NCBI GenBank assembly: GCA_964016885.1 | Contig: OZ024740.1 | Location: forward strand, 366,668,001 to 366,732,000 | DNA from: Eledone cirrhosa | Taxonomy: Eukaryota | Direction of reading: 5' to 3' | DNA length: 64,000 bases | Shown here: positions 32,405-45,986 of the stretch, piece by piece | How the letters are laid out: every line of letters begins with the position of its first letter | Position numbering within the stretch: the stretch's first letter is position 1 | Translations under genes and position numbers: made by a program | The notes under the pieces: model-generated | Database searches by the model: none | Told to the model about the DNA's origin: nothing | What the model saw: the letters and a program-made list of their open reading frames with translations, nothing else

Positions 32405-33650
32405 TTGAAAATAGCACTCGCTCGAAACACTTAAAAAAATCAAAAGCAAAAGACAACCAAAATCGCTTAAAAAAGCTACTATCATCACAATTTTCTTTTT
32501 CAATCATCGAACGTGTCAACCAATCACGTTATTTGTTGTATTTTCATATGTATAGCACACCGAGTCAGCATTTTAATACATTTTTGAGTATTAAGATGGC
32601 TTCCATTTCAAGCGAAGAAGGCTATTCCCAGTATCAAATATCTGTACGATTAGGTGTGTCTAAGACGTGTTCAAAATAACACTTGCCGTAATGCAACAAC
32701 AGGCACTCTTAACTCAAACAAGCGGCATGGAAGACCACACAAGAAAGGTGTTCAAACAGATCACATGATAGGCCGACTTGTGTTAAATCCAATTGCTTCT
32801 AGCACATATATCCAAGCCCAACTTCCTCAGGACACAAACATATCATAATCTACCATCCGACGACGCCTTTGGGCTTTTAAGCCAGCTGCCATGCCTCAAC
32901 TTTCAAATAAAAGCATAAAAAACCGCCTGTTGTTCTGCAACACTTATCGACTGTTGCTCAATGGAGTAAAGTAAAGTTTAGTGATTAAACATTAATTAGA
33001 CAATTTTCCCCTTATAATCACCATATAAGAGGACTACCTGAACAACGTTACAATTCTCATTATGCCAAACCAACATTCACAATCATTGATGGTCTGGGGA
33101 TCAATAAGCATAAATGGACGAGTTGCACTGACCATAATTCCAGTAGGAAAGACTGTAAATACAAACATGTATTTGGAAATCATACGAGAAAAGGTTCCAT
33201 TGTGGGTGGAGAGGCATTTGTTGCAAGATATATCAACAAAATGGTGCTCCCTGCCATAGGGCAAAAACCATTAACCAATTTTTTCGATAATCTGATAATG
33301 AAGTGCTGGTACTTTGGCCAGGTTCAAGTTCTGACTTAAACCCAATTGAAAACTGTTGGAAATTGAGAAAAACAAAGTTGCCAAGCCCAAATACTGATTT
33401 ACAACAAAAAGTCTTACTGTATGGATCCAACACATTACTCCTGAATATTGTGCCTCCTGGGTGGAATCAATGCCTTGCAGTAATTACTGCTAAAGGTCAT
33501 CAAACAAAGTACTAACTTGGAATAGACAGTTTGTTGCACGCTGCTTTGTAATAATATACTGTTCTAATCTAATAATTGTACCTTGTTCAATATTAACCTA
33601 AACTAATCAAATTATTGGGGTGGTCTCTGAATTATTCACAGCACAGTATA
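32405..33650 (+). mobile_element. Degraded Tc1/mariner transposon
   Basis: GRP..TDH.I.R, STIRRRL, RL.FC, V.FSD, MVWGSI, LQD and WPGSSSDLNPIENCW motifs in broken frames. Confidence 0.85.
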
Positions 33651-33689
33651 TATATGGCTTTATTGTAGCACTGGCTCAGAGCAGGATAG

Positions 33690-34000
33690 TTAAGGCTAAA
33701 AAGATATCAGATGCTGAATTTGCTGACGACATAACATTTGAATTTGCTGACAAAAGTAACACAGAGGAAACAGGTTAACTGTACATACTCACCGACATTC
33801 AGAGTTGAGACTTAATCAGTGCTCCTGTGGGAGCCCCTACACGGACACACTAGAAGTGGGAGACCAAGGTTGACATATATTGATGTCCTAAGGACAGACA
33901 TTGGTCTCTGGGAACGCAGGACATGGCGGCGATGATGAAGGACAGAGACCCCTGGAGAGAACTCGTCCATGGATCTCGGGAATTTTACCCGTCCTATACA
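33690..34000 (+). mobile_element. RTE-like LINE relic
   Basis: EFADDI, and LLWEP.HG..RSGRPRLTYIDVL..D 3'-end motifs. Confidence 0.55.
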
Positions 34001-34008
34001 CACGCACG

Positions 34009-34103
<95 letters not shown>

Positions 34104-34644
34104 CTGTATATACATAGATTTGTGTGTGTACTTCATTATCAAATATATTCATCCTTTAATAAAGGGAATAAGAAATGTAAAGACAACAGGCTATGATTGG
34201 AGTGGTATTTGGCTGCTATTTCTAGTCTGTTAAACACCGAACACACAGAGGTTCCTTCTATGGCTCAACTAACCTCTATTTGTTCTTGCTGAATTCTTTA
34301 AGTCTGTTTTATTGCTTACACATGTCAATAACGTTTATTACTTGTGATAATGTTAAGTTTCTTTATTGCTCATGTATGTATTTGTGTGTGTCTGTGTGTG
34401 TGTGTCTGTGTGTGTTTGTGTGTGGAGTGTATGTATGTATGTATGTATGTATGTATGTATGTATGTATGTATGTATGTATGTATGTATGTATGTATGTAT
34501 GTATATGCATGCATGTATGTATCTTGTATTTAGTAGTATTTACATAACTGTTGCAATAACAGACCCAATCTCTTAGTTTCCCCAAATCTCTCACTTTCCT
34601 GAATCTCCCATTTGTTCATCTATCTATCTATCTATCTATCTATA

Positions 34645-34691
<47 letters not shown>

Positions 34692-34742
34692 ATATCTATC
34701 TATCTATCTATCTATCTATCTACCCGCCTCTCTGTATGTGTA

Positions 34743-34821
<79 letters not shown>

Positions 34822-35006
34822 TCATATACAAATATAATATGTGTGTATACACACATATATATGCACGTATAAATCTAAATATTTATCATCGTCAATCATC
34901 GTTTAACATCCATCTTCCACGCTAACATGGGTAGGACAGGCTGTCCCTTTGTGAGAGACCAGGTCGGGAGGCCGTGATTCGTTCACACAGAACTGGTTTC
35001 GGCTTG

Positions 35007-35078
<72 letters not shown>

Positions 35079-35137
35079 TTATCCCGGGTTCAATCGGAGG
35101 TAACCACAATAAGATACTCAATACATAGCAGAGTATA

Positions 35138-35280
35138 CATATTTAATATAGAAATTGCTTCTACAGAACTAGAACTGTTTAATTCGGGAGAAAACATCAG
35201 AAAGTTTGATGGGCTTCCTGATGATTTCTCCCGAATGAAACAGTTCTAGTCCTGTAGAAGCCATTTCTATATTAAATATA
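35138..35280. ncRNA. Fold-back pair of family B hammerhead-like motifs
   Basis: ggcttc-CTGATGA(35218)-tttctcccgaat-GAAA-cagttctaGTC-ctgtagaagcc, with a degenerate mirror upstream. Other copies at 5521(-), 47404 and 52677. Confidence 0.6.
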
Positions 35281-35310
35281 TATACAAATATATATATATA
35301 TATATATATA

Positions 35311-35503
35311 TAACGAAGGAAATGTGGTAAGGAACCAGGTGGACCATAACGCACCAAAGTACTCAATACTTAGGGTAGTAGAGTGGGTAATAGGAACGAG
35401 TAGGACCCCGACGGCTGAGCTCAAGCCGTTTCGACGGCTAATTCTGGACGCCAGAATTAGCCGTCGAAACGGCTTGAGCTCAGCCGTCGGGGTCCTACTC
35501 GTT

Positions 35504-35506
<3 letters not shown>
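35311..35506. mobile_element. Family F asymmetric hairpin element
   Basis: Perfect arms of about 55 bp around an acg loop, plus tail; (TA)n flanks. Confidence 0.85.
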
Positions 35507-35567
<61 letters not shown>

Positions 35568-35789
35568 AACTGTTGTTTTCCTCTGTTTTCTTTTTTTCTT
35601 TTTTCTTTCTTCTTTTTCTTTATTTATCTCTCCCTTTCTTTTCTCCACGTTTCTCTCTCTCTCTGTCTTTTTACTTCTCTTTAACACAACGAATTACTAA
35701 AATAAACAAACCACTATCCTGATGTCTTCCAAAAGTAACGGTTGCATTTTGAAAGGGTACGTCAATGTTTATTTATAAAACTGGTATAT

Positions 35790-35860
35790 ATTGTATTTTG
35801 TCTGATGAAGGCATATCATAATTTAACTTGGTATCCTTGAAATATGTATAATGAAATAAA
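35790..35860 (+). ncRNA. Hammerhead-like motif upstream of PLE ORF
   Basis: CTGATGA 35802, stem II aggcatatca/tggtatcct, GAAA 35839, tatGTA; stem I is weak. Confidence 0.55.
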
Positions 35861-35898
35861 TATGGTTATATAAATATAGTTTCCATTTGTTAATATCG

Positions 35899-35935
<37 letters not shown>

Positions 35936-37261
35936 AGGAGGTGAGTTTTATTGTAGTACAATAAAGCAATGCAGTAATCTCTTTAACCAACATAACCTAA
36001 AAATTGAATTTGATAACAGCATCAAACTAGCTAATTTCTTGGATGTATCTCTTAATCTTGACACTGGCCTATATTACCCTTACCATAATTAACAATTATG
36101 TTAATTTTAAATCTAACCACCCTACCAATATTAAGAATGCCATAGTTAGTAATATTGGAAAAAGAATATCTAACCTATCTTCTAATAAAAACATCTTCGA
36201 TGCTAACGCCAATTACTATAATAACGCACTTTCTAAAGCCGGCTATCCTGATAAAATCAAATATAATAAAGAAACAAATTCTAGAAGATCTTACAGTAGA
36301 ATAATTAATCATGATCATTCCAATAACTTTAATAAAAGACCTAGATACAAAAACATAATCTGGTATAATGCTCCTTTCTCCATCTCTATTAATAATAATA
36401 TTCCTAAATTATTCTTTAGTGCCTTAAATAAATGCTTCCCTCCCTCACATATCTATAGTAAAATATTTAACAAACACACTATAAAATTTTCCTATTCGAC
36501 ATCCTCCAACATTTCCAACATTATCTCTAAACACAACAATAAAATACTAAATACTAAATCTCTTCCTTCCAACACTGAATATCATAATAATAGTAATAGT
36601 ACTCCCGACGTCATTGTAAACTCTAGGCTAATTTCTGCAAACCCAAATACGACGTCAAACACAACTTCGCTAAATGTTCTTAATCCCATTCTAAATCAAG
36701 AAACTATTATTCCTATCGCCAATAACTTCTCCAATCCAATTCCTTCTATAGATAACACTAGGTCACTCGTTAATAATCTCTCTAATCGCAATTGCAATTG
36801 CCCTGCTAAAAATAAATGTCCTCTCAACAACCATTGTCTTGATAAAAACTTAATTTACGAATGTAAAGTTATAACTGACACCAATTCCTTCACCTATTTT
36901 GGCTCCACTTCCACCTCCTTTAAAGCTCGTCTTTATAATCATCATTCGTCTTTTAAATATAAACTTAAAAGAACCAACACGGCACTCTCAGAACTCATAT
37001 GGTCCTTGAAAGACAAAAATATTAAATATAACATCTCTTGGAAAAAGGTTTCTTCTGCGTCTTCAAACTTGAACAGTTCTCTATCCAAGACTTGCAATCT
37101 TTGTCTAAATGAAAAATTTACCATTATCTCTAATTTAGATTCTATAATAAATAGACGCACTGACTTGTTTTCTATCTGCTTGCATAAATTCCACAGAACT
37201 TTCCATAAAGTATACAGCTAATATGATAAACTTTATCAATTCAGAATCCTTTTCTCAAAGG

Positions 37262-37348
<87 letters not shown>

Positions 37349-37660
37349 TTCTTTAAAAATATACCCATCTTTCTACCTTATTTCAAAGTTATTTATTATA
37401 TTTATTATATTCTACATCACTCCTAATTTCTAACCCCTAATCTATACCTTTTCTCACTGTGCCTAACATAGAAACAATTATTACACAATACACCATATTC
37501 TTACTTCATATCACCTTGAAAAAATCCTTCGTAAACATAAACATTTTTTGACGTTAGATTATTCATCCTCTATTCATTATTTTTTTTCCCTTTCATCTAA
37601 CTTATTCATGCTCATCTCACAATATATCCTTACTTACATTACTTCTGTTTTTTTAATAAT

Positions 37661-37830
37661 ACATATCAACATTTTCTTTCCATCGCACATATTATTAAAC
37701 CCTTAAATATTATTCTTAATACATATTAACATTTTCTTTCCATCGCACATATTATTAAACCCTTAAATATTATTCTTAATACATATTAACAATTTCTTTT
37801 CATCGCACATATCATTAAACCCTTCAATAT
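37661..37830. repeat. 60-bp tandem repeat, about 3 copies, in PLE 3' UTR
   Basis: acatattaacattttctttccatcgcacatattattaaaccctt at 37661, 37721 and 37781. Confidence 0.9.
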
Positions 37831-38178
37831 ACAAACCTTAACTTTACATTTTTTTCTCTTCGTGAATTTTCAAATTCTTTTAATTTATACATTATCTTCC
37901 AACGGTTTTTTTCAACCTCTCTATGTAAAACAATATATTTTTCTCAGTTATAAAAGCTATCTCTCTCTCTGTATCACCCATCTCTCCTCCTATCTCATCC
38001 TTCCTCACTATACTCCTCCTCCTCCACTTTTTACTCTCATCTCCTCCTCTTTTTCATCCCCCCCCCCATCAACATTTGTTTTCCCCAATATCACACATCA
38101 ATCTAAAACTACTTTTCATATGTTGATTTAAAGCTGCACTATCCACAAGTGTTTTTTAACCTTCATATCATGTCCTCC

Positions 38179-38248
38179 TATTTTATCTGATGAAAACACA
38201 AATGTTATGCATGATGATATTTGTTTTTGAAATGCGCATAATAAAATA
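38179..38248 (+). ncRNA. Predicted minimal type I hammerhead ribozyme
   Basis: tattttat-CTGATGA-aaacacaaatgttat/atgatatttgttttt-GAAA-TGCGCA-TA-ataaaata: 8-bp stem I and palindromic stem III. Confidence 0.85.
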
Positions 38249-38278
38249 CATGGAACTCATTTAACCATCTTTTGATCT

Positions 38279-38322
<44 letters not shown>

Positions 38323-40013
38323 TTAGTTATACTATTTATGGTTATGTAGACACAAAACCTTAAGCAGTTGTAAGTATTTTACACACACCCTAAATAGTGG
38401 TAGGCAGTAATGTATTACTACCTTATTACCAGTAAGTTAAGTAGCTCAATGTAAAAACATCAGATGATTTACAGAGCAGTTATATGAAATATAAGAATCA
38501 AAGAACTGTTCAAAACATTATTGTGCTTACAGCTGTTTCCTCCAAACCGAGGTTTGGATTCTTCGGAGCAATTTATTAATGCATGGACAGTTATATGACC
38601 TCCTTTTCAGCCGAGAGACATACCAATACATATTCAAACATTGATACATATTCAAACATTGTGGGTCAACATTCATTACAAAATTTAGAGTGGCAGTACA
38701 CACTTCGAGATTACATTTATATTAATAGGTACAATCAAAAATCAAAGATATAGGTTAAAGTACAACATGAAGATAAGTGGTTATATAGTGCAAATGTTAT
38801 ATGTGTGGCACGCATGTGCGTCTTGTTTATATAGTGTGGCAGAGAGATATGTGTGGTAGAGGCACTTAGGTAGGTAAATAAGAGTGTTAGGTTGGTAGAT
38901 CTGGTGGCAAAGTCTTTATATGATTGATGTAGTCTGTGTGTGGAGAAATATTATAAGCATTAAAGATAGTGCAAGCATTAAAAGTGTTATAAGTATTGGA
39001 GATGCACAGCGCAGGGATGTCAAGTAATTCATGTACTTCGGCATTTTCATGGTCAAGGGAGTGTATATTTCGATTATATGCCTTTCACATAATCCACGAC
39101 AATCCAGTTAGAGATCGTAGTCTGGTGTTCTTTAGTTCGATACAGGAGGTTGTTACGTTTCGAGAGACGCCATTGAATACCGGAAGTGTGTGTGTGGCTA
39201 AGGGGAGTTAATGCATGCGGGGAGGTAACTCTGGGGTTTCTATATCTAGCCATTAAAATGTGTCCCAATATGGACCCTAAATTCTATGGTGAGGAGCACC
39301 TTCCAAGAGAGACTTTTAAAGCATAAAGTGTACTAACTATAGAGTAGTTTAACTAAATTATGCTGAAGGTGATCATATTATTATTAAGGTGGATTAACCC
39401 ATCTTAAGGTGCTACAAATGGAAATTATAGATGATGAGCGAGGATTCTAAATTAATGATCTCTGTGGTTGTAGTCTGGTCATATGACCAGGCGCGGTGAT
39501 TGCAGGATTGCTTCAGGACCCAATGATCTCGGGTAAGATCTGGGTCATCGCTTGCTACATTGGATGTCGAAAGATAATCGTCCCCAGGCAGGCCAAAGGT
39601 CAATCCGCAGTCCTCGCGACCCCTCTCTGACCGTCAGATCATCCATATACGTACAACCCGCACGGCAGTTGCATTGCATTCACTCACTGCGCTCAGCAGC
39701 CCGGTCCTACTGGTCAACAGCGCTACTCGATTAAATCATTTTACATCTGTCTAAGGAAGGTGTTTCCTCTGCCCAACACCATCCAACCGATCAATTCATG
39801 CTCAAATTACCCTTAGAGCGGTGCAGTGCCGTCCAGGTGGGTGGATGTTGTCACACCTGCCGTAGAGGTATAAATGGGTATTTTCCCTGCGAAGGGTTCC
39901 AGAGGGATGTCGTTGTTTGTGTTATAATGGATCAGCTAGTGTTGGGTATGTAGTATAGGGTGTGTCTCTGGTGTTTGATGTTAGATGTGGTGTTAGGTTC
40001 CAGTCCGACATTG

Positions 40014-42047
40014 CTATATATAGGGCTTAAAGTTTTGGAAGGAATGTCTGAGGCGGTGCTGGCAAGTTGCAAACACCTCAGATTTTTTGTTAAGTAGGTT
40101 ACGGTTGGAGAAGATAATATTGTGTGTCTCTAGTATACAGAGGTTACAGAATTTATTAGGTGGTTTGTACGAGGTCGCGCTGCCTATCACTTCCCATTTG
40201 AGTCTGTATGGTTTATTTTTAGATTTTAGATAGTGTATGTAGCTAGAAAGTGAGGTGGAGTTGGCTAGGCTGTGCTTTTTGAACGAGTGGATGTGCGAGT
40301 TATATCTAATTTTGAAGCAGTTAGAAGTGGAGCCTACATAGGTTTCTGAAGAGTTATTAGTCGTGACTGTGCATGAGTATATGACATCCTTGGTTAGGCA
40401 TTTTTTATCTAAAGGGCAGGTTCTATTAGCTCTACAGTTACAATTATTCTGTGCGTTAGTCCGCTGGTTATAATGCAATGCGGAAGTCTGTGTGGTGGAT
40501 ATAGGATTTTGGGTGTTCAGGTTGACAACCCTGGTGTTATTACTTATACTAGTGTTATTTCTATTGTTACTGCCGTTGCTATTGTTGCTTGCTACAGTGG
40601 TATTTAGAGGGTTTGCATCCCGTTGTGATTTTGTTTGTTGGAAGTAAGAACTAATTTTACTATTATTGCTGCTAGCTATGTGGTATGCTAAGTTAGGCGT
40701 CGTAGAGTATGAGATTTTAATGGTGTTTTTGTTTAAGAGGTTGTGGTACTTGTGTCCTAGAGGGAAGTTTTTATCTAGTAGTGAGAAGAAAGCCCTAGGT
40801 ATGTTGGTGGAGACATTTAGGTTGAAAGGAGGGTTGAAAAATGTATTATTTCTTCTTCTATTTTTGCTTTTAGTGTTTGGTGTGTTGCTTCCTCCTAAGG
40901 CCTCACAGTAGTTTCCATGGTAATGGTTACTTCCGGTGGCACCCTCCGCTTTGGTGTACTTGTGGTTGCTATTCCTATTATTAGATTTCCTCATGGACAT
41001 GTTGTGCGAGATGATGTTGTAGCTATGTGTTTTCTTAGGTAGGAACTCTATTTCTATATTATGGCCGGAGCTAGCTAATGCTTGATTGTAATATTGTGAG
41101 TTTTTGCTAAATATGTTTGCGTCATAGGACAGACTAGAGATTCTATTGGACACCCCCTTAGAGATAGAGTTTAATATTGATCTAGGGTGATTAGACTTGG
41201 TATCTACGTAAATAAGTTTCTCATTAGGCTTATGGAAAGGTGTATATATTTTTGAGTCTAGGTATAGTGTGGCGTCTAGGAAGTTAACATTTTTAGTGTT
41301 TTTGTCCATGGTGATACTAAGGTTAAAGTTTTTGAATGTCTTATGCAGTTGTTTTCTAGTTCTTTCTATATTAAATTTTTTATATTCTATGAGTAGAAGT
41401 GCATCATCGCGGTACAAACCACCGTTGAGGTAAGGGAGGTCTTTATGGATTTCATTGAGGAGGTATAGGCCGACCAAATCAGTGACCTGCGCCGAGTCAC
41501 TAGATCCCATGGTTATGTCGAAGTTGTTGTGCGTATCCTTGCGTGTCCATAGTTGGTCCTCGAAGGTGATTATGGTTTTACGGGCCGCAAGGATGACATC
41601 AACCTGGGCTCTAGTCAGGTCGCTATTGGTCATGGCCATGATAAGTGCCTTATTTAATAGGATAGGGGAAATAGAGGTGTAGTATGAATTGATATCAAAT
41701 TGAATAAATTTTTTGTTCTTATTATTCTTGATATCCTTAAACCATTCAATTACTTCACCCGTATTTCCCCATTGTTTAAGGTGTATCTTGTGTTTAATTT
41801 GTGGGATGATTTTATCCAAAATCTTCTTGCTGATAATACCAATGTCGGACTTGGAAGGGCAGATAAGTCTTATCGTGGGGTTGCTGATGAAGTTCTCCTT
41901 ATGGTCCTTCAGAGAGAATCTAGGGGGGTTCGGAGTGAAAGGTTGTGTATGCCTCTGTAGTCCGAGTTTAGACACTATATTATAACCCTCTACATTAATA
42001 TCTTCTAAGTTTTTCAAGGTGGTTTTTTTGTAGCTTTTATGTAGTTC
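40014..42047 (-). CDS. PLE reverse transcriptase + GIY-YIG endonuclease (5'-truncated, uninterrupted; possibly Nematis-like)
   Basis: FDINSYYTSI, ITMGS, LYRDD, NFLD, SNHP, CNCR..CPL..CL, VIY..YVGST..FKIRYNSH, CNLC..E. The first ten residues of the ORF-track entry come from the inverted arm. Confidence 0.92.
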   Translation of the reverse strand, partial: ELHKSYKKTTLKNLEDINVEGYNIVSKLGLQRHTQPFTPNPPRFSLKDHKENFISNPTIRLICPSKSDIGIISKKILDKIIPQIKHKIHLKQWGNTGEVIEWFKDIKNNKNKKFIQFDINSYYTSISPILLNKALIMAMTNSDLTRAQVDVILAARKTIITFEDQLWTRKDTHNNFDITMGSSDSAQVTDLVGLYLLNEIHKDLPYLNGGLYRDDALLLIEYKKFNIERTRKQLHKTFKNFNLSITMDKNTKNVNFLDATLYLDSKIYTPFHKPNEKLIYVDTKSNHPRSILNSISKGVSNRISSLSYDANIFSKNSQYYNQALASSGHNIEIEFLPKKTHSYNIISHNMSMRKSNNRNSNHKYTKAEGATGSNHYHGNYCEALGGSNTPNTKSKNRRRNNTFFNPPFNLNVSTNIPRAFFSLLDKNFPLGHKYHNLLNKNTIKISYSTTPNLAYHIASSNNSKISSYFQQTKSQRDANPLNTTVASNNSNGSNNRNNTSISNNTRVVNLNTQNPISTTQTSALHYNQRTNAQNNCNCRANRTCPLDKKCLTKDVIYSCTVTTNNSSETYVGSTSNCFKIRYNSHIHSFKKHSLANSTSLSSYIHYLKSKNKPYRLKWEVIGSATSYKPPNKFCNLCILETHNIIFSNRNLLNKKSEVFATCQHRLRHSFQNFKPYI

Positions 42048-44094
42048 ATGCAAACCCTCTAAATACCACTGTAGCAAGCAACAATAGCAACGGCAGTAAC
42101 AATAGAAATAACACTAGTATAAGTAATAACACCAGGGTTGTCAACCTGAACACCCAAAATCCTATATCCACCACACAGACTTCCGCATTGCATTATAACC
42201 AGCGGACTAACGCACAGAATAATTGTAACTGTAGAGCTAATAGAACCTGCCCTTTAGATAAAAAATGCCTAACCAAGGATGTCATATACTCATGCACAGT
42301 CACGACTAATAACTCTTCAGAAACCTATGTAGGCTCCACTTCTAACTGCTTCAAAATTAGATATAACTCGCACATCCACTCGTTCAAAAAGCACAGCCTA
42401 GCCAACTCCACCTCACTTTCTAGCTACATACACTATCTAAAATCTAAAAATAAACCATACAGACTCAAATGGGAAGTGATAGGCAGCGCGACCTCGTACA
42501 AACCACCTAATAAATTCTGTAACCTCTGTATACTAGAGACACACAATATTATCTTCTCCAACCGTAACCTACTTAACAAAAAATCTGAGGTGTTTGCAAC
42601 TTGCCAGCACCGCCTCAGACATTCCTTCCAAAACTTTAAGCCCTATATATAGCAATGTCGGACTGGAACCTAACACCACATCTAACATCAAACACCAGAG
42701 ACACACCCTATACTACATACCCAACACTAGCTGATCCATTATAACACAAACAACGACATCCCTCTGGAACCCTTCGCAGGGAAAATACCCATTTATACCT
42801 CTACGGCAGGTGTGACAACATCCACCCACCTGGACGGCACTGCACCGCTCTAAGGGTAATTTGAGCATGAATTGATCGGTTGGATGGTGTTGGGCAGAGG
42901 AAACACCTTCCTTAGACAGATGTAAAATGATTTAATCGAGTAGCGCTGTTGACCAGTAGGACCGGGCTGCTGAGCGCAGTGAGTGAATGCAATGCAACTG
43001 CCGTGCGGGTTGTACGTATATGGATGATCTGACGGTCAGAGAGGGGTCGCGAGGACTGCGGATTGACCTTTGGCCTGCCTGGGGACGATTATCTTTCGAC
43101 ATCCAATGTAGCAAGCGATGACCCAGATCTTACCCGAGATCATTGGGTCCTGAAGCAATCCTGCAATCACCGCGCCTGGTCATATGACCAGACTACAACC
43201 ACAGAGATCATTAATTTAGAATCCTCGCTCATCATCTATAATTTCCATTTGTAGCACCTTAAGATGGGTTAATCCACCTTAATAATAATATGATCACCTT
43301 CAGCATAATTTAGTTAAACTACTCTATAGTTAGTACACTTTATGCTTTAAAAGTCTCTCTTGGAAGGTGCTCCTCACCATAGAATTTAGGGTCCATATTG
43401 GGACACATTTTAATGGCTAGATATAGAAACCCCAGAGTTACCTCCCCGCATGCATTAACTCCCCTTAGCCACACACACACTTCCGGTATTCAATGGCGTC
43501 TCTCGAAACGTAACAACCTCCTGTATCGAACTAAAGAACACCAGACTACGATCTCTAACTGGATTGTCGTGGATTATGTGAAAGGCATATAATCGAAATA
43601 TACACTCCCTTGACCATGAAAATGCCGAAGTACATGAATTACTTGACATCCCTGCGTTGTGCATCTCCAATACTTATAACACTTTTAATGCTTGCACTAT
43701 CTTTAATGCTTATAATATTTCTCCACACATAGACTACATCAATCATATAAAGACTTTGCCACCAGATCTACCAACCTAACACTCTTATTTACCTACCTAA
43801 GTGCCTCTACCACACATATCTCTCTGCCACACTATATAAACAAGACGCACATGCGTGCCACACATATAACATTTGCACTATATAACCACTTATCTTCATG
43901 TTGTACTTTAACCTATATCTTTGATTTTTGATTGTACCTATTAATATAAATGTAATCTCGAAGTGTGTACTGCCACTCTAAATTTTGTAATGAATGTTGA
44001 CCCACAATGTTTGAATATGTATCAATGTTTGAATATGTATTGGTATGTCTCTCGGCTGAAAAGGAGGTCATATAACTGTCCATGCATTAATAAA

Positions 44095-44145
44095 TTGCTC
44101 CGAAGAAACCAAACCTCGGTTTGGAGGAAACAGCTGTAAGCACAA
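44095..44145 (+). ncRNA. Predicted minimal hammerhead, CCGAAGA core (mirror 38521-38571, - strand)
   Basis: gct-CCGAAGA-..ccaaacc(tc)ggtttgg..-GAAA-CAGCTG-TA-agc. Confidence 0.75.
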
Positions 44146-44182
44146 TAATGTTTTGAACAGTTCTTTGATTCTTATATTTCAT

Positions 44183-44282
<100 letters not shown>

Positions 44283-44486
44283 TATGTGTATATATCTAAA
44301 TATGTATACATACATACACAGAATCCAAACGTGATAATAATGATCATGGTTGTATAAACGGGATATAACCCATAGTAAACAAATAAAAAGGAAATATAAT
44401 AAGTATGTAAATTATATTCTAGATGTATGAGGTAATGAATCGCTACCTCGTTACGGACAACTGACATTGCACAACTGGTCTGAACA

Positions 44487-45045
44487 CAGACGAGCCGAAT
44501 TCCTACTGTCATCGCCTCTATCTCTCTCGCCCTCCCCATCTCTCTGTATTATGGGCAAATGGTGTCCCACGTGCTGGTCGCCCCACGGTCACGGCGGACA
44601 AAAATGGAGAAAGCGTTTCCCCGGAGGATGGTAAAGGAGATGCGCTGGAAGAGCCATTCCATCTCACGAGGCTCATACCTGCGGCTATCCAGCTCAGCGC
44701 CTGTGGTAGCAGCATGGCGTGGAAGGCGGCCGGCACTTAAGCGACAGAAAAGCGGGTGGAGGCCAAACATGTCCACGGTGGATCCGCAGCGACATTTGTG
44801 TGACTCGCAGATCCGGAGGACAAGCCCCAAGGAAATCCCGACGCGCAGGCTATCATTGTCCAGCTGCATGCCGGTGGAGAAGGAGGGTAAGGCATGGAGC
44901 CAGGCACCACTGTGGGGTTGGAGGCCGCGTGAAACATGCAAGGCGGTGCTGGTCGAGCTAGTGCCCGTCTGAGGCCAGTTTGCACTGGATGGCATCCCAA
45001 ATACTCTCGGGGCACTTGACATCAGCAGGTGGAGAAGGAGGAGGG
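44487..45045 (-). mobile_element. CRE-clade non-LTR retrotransposon 3' relic (internally deleted)
   Basis: GAWLHALP..LDNDSLR..L..C..CRCG..D..GLH.L.C..SAGR..RH fused directly to WLFQRISF.ILRGNA. Confidence 0.7.
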
Positions 45046-45049
45046 AGTC

Positions 45050-45918
45050 TAGTTACTACAGTTAATATGCATAATCTGTAAACTAAGCCCCCAAAATAAG
45101 ATCCCATATTAACTGTAAAACTAGAAACATAGTATATAGCATAAGATGTACTGAAGGACAATGTAAAGATAAGAATATAGTGTACATAAGTGAGACAGCT
45201 CGTAGTATAGGAGAACGGTTAAATGAACACTGGCGAGAGCTTCAAGATAGAAAAGAATCATCAATACTCCACCAACATGCTAAAATAGAACATAAGGACA
45301 AATAAGAGAATATAGAAATAAAAATAAAATCTACACACAGAAAAGACGCAATGTTTAGACAAATCACAGAGGTAATAAACATAAATAAACTCCAACCAAA
45401 ATTAAATAGAAAACATGAATGGAATAGCTACATCACAACTTCCAATTAAGGACAAAATGAAAACACACACACATAGAACAAACAACCAACCAGTAACATG
45501 TAAATAAACAATTAAATAAACAAATAAAAATACATACAGACACCCGGATGTAACACATACTGAAACTAAGCACACAACACACACAAAAACAAGATGGCGT
45601 AGGACAGAACAAAGGAGAGGCACAAAACAAAGAAAAGAATCCCCAGTCACTGAGGAGGTCACAGAATGTGTGACGAAAGAACTTTGACAATATATGAACA
45701 ACCGTCCGGTTGTAGAACCAACCAACCAACCAACCAACCAACCAACCAACCAGAAATTTATAAATTTTTTGAAAACATTTTTTAGTTTATAATAAATTGG
45801 AGTGAAATCAACTGGTGCGTGTGTTTCTTATTGGCAACATGACCCCCCAAAAGTATAACAATATCGGTTTCAACACATGTTTTCAGATAAAGAATCTTGC
45901 TAAACAAATTCAGAAACG

Positions 45919-45925
<7 letters not shown>
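45050..45925 (+). mobile_element. Neptune-type PLE 3' fragment with hammerhead (45645-45690)
   Basis: HINCKTRNIVYSIRC..C..VYISETARSIGERLNEH..RQITE..PKLNRKHEW; gtca-CTGAGGA-gtcaca/tgtgac-GAAA-gaaCTT-tgac. Confidence 0.85.

Positions 45926-45986
<61 letters not shown>

Larger units (their letters stand above)
35965..38285 (+). mobile_element. 5'-truncated Penelope-like element (RT thumb + GIY-YIG ORF 36043-37221, 3' UTR)
   Basis: NFLDVSLNL, YVN..SNHP, IWYNAPFS, CNCP..CPL..CL..LIY..YFGST..FKARLYNH, CNLCLNEK. Confidence 0.9.

Noticed and set aside
37430-37440. Telomeric TTAGGG-like sequence
   Set aside because: Fewer than two units; expected by chance.
37661-37830. CRISPR-like array
   Set aside because: Head-to-tail 60-bp tandem repeat with no unique spacers, in a eukaryotic context without cas genes.
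42048-42077. N-terminus MLQWYLEGLH of the 687-aa ORF
   Set aside because: Read from the antisense of the inverted arm; the true element 5' end is missing.
42188-42652. Stand-alone GIY-YIG nuclease gene
   Set aside because: Merely the inverted duplicate of the PLE 3' end; starts at a TTG inside the linker.
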